From: Dendrobates tinctorius
Lineage: Eukaryota
Direction of reading: 5' to 3'
Assembly (NCBI RefSeq): GCF_039654945.1
Contig: NW_027361722.1
Span: 17,298,001-17,362,000, forward strand
DNA: 64,000 nt
Shown: piece after piece, positions 1 to 10,249 of the stretch
Layout: each line of letters opens with the position of its first letter
How positions within the stretch are numbered: position 1 is the stretch's first letter
Translations under genes and position numbers: made by a program
Notes under the pieces: generated by a model
Database searches by the model: none
Told to the model about the DNA's origin: nothing
The model's input: only the letters and a program-made list of their open reading frames with translations

Positions 1-23
1 AAGGGGAAAATGAACTCACAACA

Positions 24-339
24 CCGTCTCTTGGTATTCGTCTCTGCTGTTACGTTCCCTCTCTGGCATCTGACTCCCTGGCTTGTACCCCGACCACGTA
101 TTTCGTCTCACGTTTTGGACCCCGTGCTCATGTTCTGGCTTTCTGACTCTCGGCTTTGGTATTTTGACTACGTGTATTGCTGCTCCTTCTGGTACGTCTG
201 CTCCTGCTAGTTTCTGACTCGGTTCGTCTGACTATTCTCTCTTGTTACCTGTGGCACCTGTGCTGTTGCTCAGGGTTGCTGCTCTTAGTGTATAACCTCT
301 CTTCCCTCACCAGCTCCCCCTGGTGGAGGTTTCACTACA
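24..339 (+). repeat. 5' LTR, truncated (lacks first ~238 bp)
   Basis: Direct repeat of 4839-5154, ends ...TTCACTACA. Confidence 0.95.
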
Positions 340-391
340 TTATCACTAACCCCACATTTAAACGGGATTTTGCATTTTTTTTTCTTTGGCT

Positions 392-3300
392 ATGGATCTG
401 CTGCATAACTTGGCAGATCAAGTGTCCAGTTTGACGCAGATGGCGCAGGACTTTTCTGTGAATCATCAGTCATGTCTCAGACCCTCTTACAGAAAAAACT
501 GACTGAGACTATTAAGACCATGCAGGGAAACACCTCTCATATTGTTTGTCCACCAGGTGACTCTGTAGATGTTATTTTGCACTCTCCTGAACCCTCAGTT
601 AAACTTCCTGACACATTTTCTGGCGAAAAAGATACATTTCATATATTCAAGGAGAGTTGTAAATTATGGTTTTCTCTTAGACCCTGATCGTCTGGGGATG
701 AGACTCAGCAGGTGGGGATTGTTATCTCCTTACTTAGGGAGGGTCCCCAATCCTGGGCTTTTTCGTTGCCCCCTACTGCGCCTGAACGGATGTCGGTAGA
801 TAGGTTCTTTGAGGCCCTAGGACTTATCTATGACGAACCGGACCGTGTTAGGGTGGCAGAGGACACTATTTTGGGTCTGGGGCAAGGGAAGCACTCAGCC
901 GAATGGTACAGCTCCGAATTTCATCGATGGTCCACTGAGGTGTCCTGGGACGACTCTGCACTGAGATGTCTGTTCAGGAAGGGACTGTCGGATTGCTTGA
1001 AGGATGCTCTGGCTCTCCATCCACCTCCCAGTTCATTGGAGGAGGCTATGACTCAGGCTATCCGTATGGATCGGAGACTGCGGGAGAGAGGTGTTACTCA
1101 GCGAGGGGTTCCGTTTTTCCCTGCTAACCCTGATGTTTTGCTTCCATCTGAACCTATGGAGGTGGGAGCCACCAACCCCCAGGAGAAAGAGAGGAGACGG
1201 CGACGTGATGGAAAATTGTGTTTTTACTGTGGAGATCCCGGACATTGGAAAAAAGACTGCCCCTCCTGTCCTCCGACTAACAAGCGGCTGAATCTGGGTG
1301 ATAATCGTGGAGGTCACCCAGACTCTCAGGTACCTTTTTCTTCCTTTTCAAGAGTACTGCTAAAGGTGGAACTTGGTGTTGAGAACGGCTTTTTCCATAC
1401 TTCGGCTTTTGTAGACTGTGGGTCATCCCTGAACCTGATTGACTCTAAGCTGGTGGCTCGCTGTAGATTGGGGACAGTTAGGTTGGGGACTCCCTTAAAA
1501 ATTGTGGCTATTGATTCTACACCACTCACTAAGGATGGTCTCCATTTCAGTTCTAAAGAATTTACCCTCAGGGTGGGGGCCCTACACCAGGAGCGCATGT
1601 CATGCTTTGTTTTGGATAACCTCCCTGCTGGCCTGGTGTTAGGGTTTCCCTGGTTGCAACGGCATAACCCAGTTATTGACTGGGGGTCCCGGGATATTGT
1701 TAAATGGGGACCTGGGTGTTCTGAAAATTGTCTTGCTACTGTGTCTATGTCATCCGTCAACCTGGAAGGTGTTCCGGAGTACCTAAAGGGTTTTAAGGAT
1801 GTGTTCTCCGAAAAGGAGGCTGAGGTTCTACCACCACACCGCCCATTCGATTGTGCCGTGGATCTTGTTCCCGGTGCCAAATTGCCCAAAGCCCGGCTGT
1901 ACAATCTCTCCGGCCCTGTGCGAGCTGCTATGAAGGAGTATATCTCTGAAAGCCTCCGTAAAGGGCATATACGGCCATCTGTCTCTCCCGTGGCAGCAGG
2001 GTTCTTTTTTGTAAAAAAGAAGGATGGTGGTTTACGCCCATGCCTCGATTTTCGAGAACTGAATAAAATAACCATAAGAAACGCCTACCCTCTCCCACTG
2101 ATACCTGATTTGTACAATCAATTGACGGGGGCCAGGTGGTTCTCTAAGTTGGACCTCAGGGGAGCATACAATCTCATCCGTATGCGGGAGGGGGATGAAT
2201 GGAAAACTGCGTTTCTCACCTCTGAGGGTCTGTTTGAAAATTTGGTTAGGCCCTTCGGTTTGACTACCGCACCAGCGGTATTCCAGAATTTCATTAACCA
2301 TGTTTTTTCTGATTTTACTGGACGTTTTGTAGTTGTTTATCTTGACGATATACTTATATATTCTTCTGATAGACAAAGTCATATGGGTCATCTTCATGCG
2401 GTTCTCCAGAGGCTCAGGGAGAACTCACTCTTTGCCAAATTGGAGAAGTGTTCATTTTTTACTCAAGAAGTGTCCTTTCTAGGGGTCATCCTGTCCGCTG
2501 AGGGGTTTCGTATGGACCCTAGGAAGGTACAGGCCATTGTGGATTGGGTGCAACCCAGAGATCTCAAGGGTCTTCAGCGATTTCTGGGTTTCGCCAATTA
2601 TTATAGAAAATTCATCAAGGGGTTCTCTCAAGTGGTCAAACCCCTCACTGATCTCACCCAAAAGGGAGCGGATCTTAAAAACTGGTCAGCTCCAGCTGTG
2701 GTGGCGTTTTCTTTGTTAAAAGAACGTTTCATGACTGCTCCGGTACTGGTGCAACCTGACTTGTCTAAACCATTCATCGTAGAAGTGGATGCCTCTGAGG
2801 TGGGAGTGGGGGCTGTGTTGTCCCAGGGGCCCATCACATTAACTAACTTAAGACCCTGTGCCTTCTTTTCTAAAAAATTTTCCTCTGCTGAAAGGAATTA
2901 TGATGTGGGTAACCGAGAGTTGTTGGCCATTAAATTGGCTTTTGAAGAATGGAGGCATTTTTTGGAGGGGCTGTCCATCGTATCACTGTCATTACAGATC
3001 ACAAGAATCTGTCTTACATCGAATCCGCCAAACGTCTTACTCCGAGACAGGCAAGGTGGTCACTTTTTTTTTCCCGATTTCAGTTTTCCATCACTTTCAG
3101 ACCAGGTTCCAAGAATGTGAAGGCGGATGCCTTGTCTCGCAGCCTAGATCCGGTATCGCCTCCGGAGCCTCCTTCCTCCATTCTTCAGCGCGGGGTGGTG
3201 GTGGCTTTGGTGTCCCAGAGATTGGAGCAGGAGATTCGTGAGGCCCAATCTCTTGCTCCCCCGTCCATACCTGAAAATAAGCTCTTTGTGCCTGTCCAGT

Positions 3301-4589
3301 ATCGGTTAAAAGTGCTTCGGGAGTTCCACGACTCAGCTCTGAGTGGGCATCCAGGAATCTCGGCCACTCGTAAAGCCATCACTAGGCTGTTCTGGTGGCC
3401 CTCGTTGACTTCTGACGTCACTGGTTTTGTGTCCTCCTGTGAAACTTGTGCCCGCGCTAAAGCCTCCCACAACCGGCCGGCCGGGGAATTGGTGCCACTG
3501 CCACTTCCGGATAGACCGTGGACTCACCTGTCCAAGGATTTTATCACCGATCTCCCACCCTCTAATGGCAAAACCGTGATCTGGGTAGTTGTGGATAGGT
3601 TCAGCAAACAAGCACATTTTGTACCCTTTAAGGGCCTTCCTAATGCTGAGACTCTATCTGGGCTGTTCATTGAGCATGTGATTCGGTTGCATGGTGTGCC
3701 TGTCAGTGTGGTGTCTGATAGAGGGGTGCAATTCGTGTCAAAATTCTGGAGAGCTTTTTGTAAAAGGCTGGGCATCAGTCTGACCTTTTCATCGGCCTAC
3801 CATCCCGAGACCAATGGTCAGACTGAAAGGACCAATCAGTCTTTAGAGCAGATCCTGCGGTGTCTTGTCACATCCAGACAGGATGATTGGTGCTCTATGA
3901 TACCTATGGCGGAATTCGCCTTCAATAATCGTGTCAATCAGTCTACTGGTACTCCTCCTTTCTTCTGCAACTACGGGTTTCACCCTCATTTTGGTGAATT
4001 CTCCAGACTAGATTCGGAGTGTCCAGGGGCTGATTTAGCCTTTTTGCTGTTGGAAGAGGTTTGGAGGGAAGTTCAGAGAAACATTGGGGAGGCTCAGGGC
4101 AAATATAAGTTTTTTGCAGATAAACGACGCTCGGTGGGGCCGGCTTATCAGGTGGGGGATAAGGTATGGTTATCCACCAAAAACATAAGGCTGAGAATTC
4201 CCTCTGCTAAGTTGGGTCCCAAGTTTATTGGTCCGTATGAGATTTTAGAGGTGATTAATCCTGTGGTCTTTCGCCTGCGGTTGCCTCCGTCATTACGGAT
4301 TCCTAATGTGTTCCACAAAGCGCTTCTGAAGCCCTCGGTGCCTTCCTCTGACGAGTCTCCCTCGCACCCGCCGCCTGTTATGGTAGATGGGCAGACCGAG
4401 TACGAGGTGGAACAGGTGGTGGATTCTCGTATGCTCCGTCGTTCACTTCAGTACTTGGTCCATTGGAAAGGATACGGTCCTGAGGATCGGTCATGGGTGC
4501 CGGCGCGTTCGGTCCATGCGGATCGGTTGGTCCGGGCCTTTCACGCTCGTCATCCAGGGAAGCCTGGGGGTCCAGTGGCCCCCCATTGA
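392..4589 (+). pseudogene. gag-pol polyprotein (gag, CCHC knuckle, protease, RT, RNase H, integrase, chromodomain), interrupted
   Basis: ATG 392, frameshift near 470, TGA 685-687. ORF 712-3120 has CFYCGDPGHWKKDC, AFVDCGS, YLDD, VDAS. Frameshift near 2965 into ORF 2949-4589 with HHCC zinc finger, D..D..E core, GPY motif and chromodomain YEVEQVVDSR..QYLVHWKGY. Confidence 0.95.
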
Positions 4590-4600
4590 GAGGGGGGTAC

Positions 4601-5154
4601 TGTCATGGTCCAGTCCGGAGGTTATCTTCTGATGTCTAAACTCCGGACTGGTCATGCGGGGGTTTAATCTCCTCAGCCTCGTTCTGGAGCTAGCTGGGCT
4701 ATTTAAATCCCTCACAGCCTGCTGACCAGTGTTAGTGATAGCTCTAGCTTGCAGTTTAGAGCCGCTGACCCTTGTACCCTGGTGATCCTCCTGCCTTTGA
4801 CTGATATTCACGTGTATGACCCGGACTGATTTCTGACCCCGTCTCTTGGTATTCGTCTCTGCTGTTACGTTCCCTCTCTGGCATCTGACTCCCTGGCTTG
4901 TACCCCGACCAAGTATTTCGTCTCACGTTTTGGACCCCGTGCTCATGTTCTGGCTTTCTGACTCTCGGCTTTGGTATTTTGACTACGTGTATTGCTGCTC
5001 CTTCTGGTACGTCTGCTCCTGCTAGTTTCTGACTCGGTTCGTCTGACTATTCTCTCTTGTTACCTGTGGCACCTGTGCTGTTGCTCAGGGTTGCTGCTCT
5101 TAGTGTATAACCTCTCTTCCCTCACCAGCTCCCCCTGGTGGAGGTTTCACTACA
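4601..5154 (+). repeat. 3' LTR (554 bp)
   Basis: Starts TGTCATGG just after the PPT, ends ACTACA; TATA-like TATTTAAA at 4700-4707. Confidence 0.95.
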
Positions 5155-8100
5155 ACAACAAAGTTGACAGTACAGGAACATACAAAATTTTATAATGCTG
5201 CATAAACAATTCTTATACTAAACTTCCTAGTATAGGAGGTACTTATTCTTGAACGTTACAAACAATTCTTATTTAACTATCTAAACTACAAGTCAAAAAG
5301 TGCAATTCTTCATTCTAAGTGCCATTATCTGTGACTCACTATCACTTCAATATTATTCAGCTTTCCTTCTCTAGTACACATTTCTTTATCATTTTTCTAC
5401 TTTCACTGTCTCTTCTAGACGCAAGACGCTGACCGCAAGTACCTGGTCCGTCACCTGTCTACTTTCAATTCTTTATTCTGAATTCTATATCAAAACATTT
5501 CTCACTCTATCTAAAAGCCATTTCTCAATTACTAATAATCTTATAAAACACATTATCAACAATAAAACATTTCAAAGATTCTTGTAAGTGCTGGACACCG
5601 CTCCCAGCTGGGATCTCCTGCAGTGTCCCTTGAGGTAGACATCATCTTCGAAAAGTGTCCATGCAAAACATCATCTTCGCAAAGTGTCTTTTATGTAAAA
5701 CCAAGAGAGGGCACCTAAAGAGGCGCAAATTATGTACAAGAGCGTTTGTGATACACTCCAAGTTCATGATCACTGTAGTTCAAAATTGAAGAATGCTGCC
5801 ACTGCAAAAATTAGGCAACAAAAGTGCTACCAGAAAAACATGATAACCAACAAAAATAGAAACAGGCACAACGGTGCAACAAACCCTACTGGGTCACGAC
5901 ATTTTGAAAGTTTTCTAATTGTGGTCCCCTCCTGGGGTTCTGGAAGCTTGGGTCCCGCTACCAGATGTGGTATCTTCATCTTGATTCTGGTTTTTGGCTA
6001 GCCGCATGTATTCTGCTCCTTCAGGGATAAGATTGACAGCTGCCTGTGCGGATACTGTGGTAGCTGATGGGTCTGTTACTTGGGGTTCTGCAGGGGTTGC
6101 AGCTGGCATTTCTGCCGTTAGCTATTCGGCCAGAGTGGCAGCGGGTACCGATAGGTGTTGTTCCGCGACTGCAGGGGGTATCACAGCAAATGATACTACG
6201 GCCAGCTGCTGCGGGTATAAGGCAATTTGGTGGCCACCCACTGATGTCGGCGCGATCACTGGACCGTTTCTGTCTGCGGGCGCGGCTCCTAATACTAGGA
6301 TCATGGTAGGGGCAGTCATCGTACCTGCTACCTCCCGGTGATGTTCCGGCTCCTGCGGGGGCACTGGATGGCGAATGATGGCAGCCGCAACCCCCGGGGT
6401 TGTCTGTCGTACTGCCGGTAGCTGTATCCGTCCTGGATCAGGACCAGGACAGGCAGGCAGGAGCCTGCGCAGCTGCGCCGGCTTCGGGCTGGGACTCCGC
6501 TCCCGTCCCACAATCTCCGGGACTCTCATATATCTTCTCCTGGCAGGCTGCGTCCAATGACAGCACCGGCCTGGCGGCAGCAGCGGGCGCTGTAAAGGGT
6601 GTCAGAGCGGTGGTATGCTCCGCGAGCGCTGCCTGGGGAGGGTGGCTTCCCCCCGCCATTTCCTTCTGGCCTCTGCGCCCCTTCCATCATGACGTTCTGG
6701 CGTTCTTCCTGCCTCGGCCCCTTTCCCGTCACTGGCTTCTTCTGCCCCTCCTTCCGGGGGCGGCGTCTTCTTCCAGCGCCTCCATACCAAGCCAGTATAT
6801 GAACCCCTCGGGAGGGTGGGCCATGTCGCTGTCACATAGTAATTCAGGCAGGTGATGCCCAAGACTCTTCGCGGTCTTTTCCTAGGACCTCCTATCTCTT
6901 CACGTCCTTCTCCGCGCCAGCGGCAATTTCTAATGTCCATTTTACAGTCCATCAAATCAGGTCTTCTGCACATTTTCAAAAGTATAAAGTCTAACAAATC
7001 TTAGGCACACAGAACCCGATGGTATCGGGTCTCGTCATCCTGTTCATTACGCCAAGTTGGGTCGCCCTCCCAGGGCTGTGGGATACTCGGTACCAGGCCG
7101 GTGTCAGTGGGATGTGTCACAGCAGCGGTGACCCGGTCCGTCGCCCTGGGCGCCCAAGTAATGGCGGAATTTGATGTAGTTTAAGTGGGATGGAATAGTT
7201 CATGACGCCACCTGTGGTGTTTGGCAAGCAAGATGTTAAGCCAACGCTGCGTGCAGATCCTCTGGGGCTGATGGTGTGTTGCAGCATAGATGGTGGATGG
7301 TGTAGCTCCCCACAGGTGAAGCTGTAACCCCAGGGGAGTGTAATTGCAATAGATGAGGATAGGTGCAGGCGGTGTGAGGAATGCTGGTACCCAGATGTAG
7401 TGGTGCTGACGGTGTTAGCGCACAAATGAATGGAAGACACCAGGGCTTGCAGTTCCAAAGCTTTACTCACAATCCGTGGTACACACTGGTGCCTGCCTCC
7501 GTGCCGTGTCCTCGGGGTAGAGACTCAATCAACCTCCCGGGCAAGTCAGGATTCTCCTCTCCAACACTCCGCCAACATGTACCTTTCCTGAACAACTCCT
7601 CTATTGCGCCTTAAGGTGTGAAGAACTCCAGTACCGTGGTACTCTGGAGTTCCTCCTGTCAGATGTTCCTAACAACTCTACTCGTATGGCAGACAGCTGT
7701 AGCCTCTCTCGGGGACGCCTTCTCTGGAGTCCTGGCTCTCAGTTGCTGTTGTGCCCCAAGTCTTAGATGGGAGTAGTGCATTTACTGCCAACTACTTCAC
7801 CGGTGTCTGCTGCAGAACCATAAGTGTCCATACACCCTCGGGGACTGGGCCCCGGCCTTGCGCTGAGAACCTATAGGCAGGGTTCCTCTTCCAACCCTCT
7901 TCTCCTCTCTGTTCTCCTACTCCTTCGTTCCGCACTGTTCTTTCTCTCTCTTATGGATGCTTAGGTTGCAGTTCTACATCTTTCTCCTTCTGTTCTTTTC
8001 CCGTGCCAGCTGGCTCAGATCACTGAGGCAGCTGCAGCACTCCTTCTCAGACCCGTCCTCAGACTCACCTGACCTCCCGTCAGACTGACCTGTAATTCTA

Positions 8101-8334
8101 AACCTTCCCACTCTTTTATGTGGATCTCAACTCCACCCACCTCCCAGCACATCTAGTGTTCCAAGCTGGGAACCACCAAGGCACTCCTAATGTCTAGGAG
8201 GAGAGAGACACCTCAATGTGGTTGTGCTGAACTACCCTGTCGTGTGGGATGCGAGTGTTGGAGTGTGGAAAGGAGTTCCCACCTTAGGAGAAGGTGCAGT
8301 ACCTCTGTGGTGACTGAGCCTCAGGGGCGCCACA
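5155..8334 (-). mobile_element. Older degenerate/non-autonomous LTR retroelement: 5' LTR 7058-8334, tRNA-Ser-type PBS, decayed internal region; host of the chromovirus insertion
   Basis: LTR termini TGTGGCGCCCC..GGGCGACCCA on minus. PBS TGGCGTAATGAACAGGAT (7037-7054) resembles the complement of a tRNA-Ser 3' end. GC-rich broken ORFs at 5900-6850. Confidence 0.7.
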
Positions 8335-9039
8335 TGTACATGATTGGGGACTCATGGCAGTGACGTCATGCTTTTCCGTCGCATGCACGCTGAAGTCAGC
8401 TGCCAGCTTCAAGGCCCCAGACCGCCGTGGGAGCGTGTGACATGTAGACCTTATCTGCAGATTTGAGGTCCTTTTTCTTATTGTACCTTTTCTCAGGACG
8501 ATACTCCTCAGTGTGTAGCAGCTTGTCCAGGAGAGATGCTAAAGTTATGTGCTCCCAGCCAATAATAGGTCTCCTTATACTCCTCATCCCGGCTTACTGA
8601 AGCTGCCGCATCTCCCTCCTCCCCCTCTTTATGGACCCATTTACAGTTTTGAAAATTAGAGGAATTTTCCAGCCACTGAGGAAGGAAGTCTCTGAAGAAT
8701 CACAGATGGAAAGACGGGAACTCGAGTCTTCTGGATGGTGGAGGAGACGGCACTTTGCTCTAATTAAGTTTCAACAAATTTATGCATTAGCCCCTTCCCG
8801 CCCCATATTCTGATAGGTCATTCAGCGGGAGTATGGAGTGGATAATGACTATTCAGCCATCTGCCTGTAACCGCTCCAACCACCTCTGATGATTGTCACT
8901 AAGGGCCTATCATTCCACACAAACGCAGGACATAGATGGTGTGCCATGACACCTGGGGTCATGGTGCTTCTGTGAAGACCTGACTGTGGAAACTGCTCTC
9001 TTTTTTTTGTCAGTTTCAGGTAACATGCCATGCCTGGGT

Positions 9040-9112
9040 CGTCAGCCATCTTGATTCTCTCCCCTCATCCGACATCGTGACCCTCATTGCAGACTACATT
9101 TCCCATGATGCC
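9040..9112. promoter_or_regulatory. ZNF143/Staf (SBS)-like motif plus AAGATGGC (YY1/start-codon-like) element; candidate promoter remnant
   Basis: ACTACATTTCCCATGATGC near 9092 matches ACTACAnnTCCCAnnATGC; CAAGATGGC on minus at about 9045-9053; the block is duplicated at 21610-21710. Confidence 0.45.
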
Positions 9113-9855
9113 TTTCCCCTTGCAGAGGAGGTGGATTCTTATTGCTCGTCCTAATCATGGCAGTCAGCGATGCGGCCGTTGTCCCTTTGATGTAAACAAC
9201 GGCGTCTGTATCGCCTGGGATGCCGCTTCATCCTCAGTTATATAGAGCAGAAATCAGAAAAGAAAAAATTTTTTAGAAAGAAACTTTTGCCGATAGCAAC
9301 CAATCATTGCGAAGCTTTCGTTTCTGAAGAGCTGCAAGCTGCTCTAGGATTGGCTGAGGTGGACAGCAATTTTTTTTTTTTTGTAGAGTGTCAAGTTTAT
9401 TTACTGCCTGTGAAGACAGAGGGAGGAGTGGTTGACCCAAGTGCACAAATATATTTTTATTTTATGAATTTAGGGTGAGATGAGGAGGAATTTTACAGAT
9501 AAATATTCTGTCAGCAAAAGAAAAAAGTTACTGTTCAAACTCAGCACAAGCGCTTAGTGCAGCCAACAGTCCTGTGCACCTCCCCACCGACATATCAGCG
9601 AGAGCGTGCGCACTCTTGCGCGCAAACTCTCTCTAAATGGGCGGATCGGTTTTTTTCAAAAAGTGATGGATTTTGACTGACGTGAAAAACTGAAGTGTGA
9701 AACAGGCCTAACGAGTGAAGAACGACCAGTTCGAGCTCAACTGCATATAAGGGGAAAAATAAAAAATAAAGCTGATAGATGAAATACGGAGGGGTGATCA
9801 CTTTAAGACCTCCTAATTTAAAGAAATTCATGCACACTTTTCCCCAGCCATCATC

Positions 9856-9861
9856 TTTATT
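9856..9861 (-). terminator. Polyadenylation signal of aquaglyceroporin copy 1
   Basis: AATAAA on minus, about 390 nt after the stop, in a context (tcatctttattgaaaatttt) conserved in copy 2. Confidence 0.7.
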
Positions 9862-10249
9862 GAAAATTTTACTGAAATCAGCTGTCTAAAATGCTCCAAA
9901 ATCCAATACAGAAATAGGATTTTACGCAAAAGTGATTATAAAAAAAACAAATAAAATAGGATAAAAAGGCCACAGCCGCCCACAGTTGGTTTCCATCTTC
10001 CGATGACAGAATCTGCTACAAGAAGTGGCACCCAGTAGTCCCAAGATACTGTATAGTCCTCCCCACGGTTATAGGGCCAGGCCTCAAGACTAGCAGGAAC
10101 CATGACCTCTCTGGGGCCATTTATGGTGGAATGCAAACAGTCATACACATGAACCAGGAAGGGGGGGAGCACTTGTTTTGGAATCAACATTGTTAAGTTT
10201 CATTAAGATGGCCATTAAAAAGTCAATCTGTGGAGGACCACATTCGGGA

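Larger units (their letters stand above)
24..5154 (+). mobile_element. Ty3/Gypsy chromovirus LTR retrotransposon (Tf1/sushi group), near full length, disabled
   Basis: 5' LTR remnant 24-339 matches 3' LTR 4839-5154 with one mismatch seen; full 3' LTR 4601-5154 is TG..CA; PPT GAGAGGGGGG at 4588-4597; gag-PR-RT-RH-IN-chromo order; ACAACA on both flanks (18-23, 5155-5160). Confidence 0.97.

Noticed and set aside
1326-2075. 249-aa antisense ORF and other ORFs overlapping gag-pol
   Set aside because: Shadow frames of the retrotransposon coding strand
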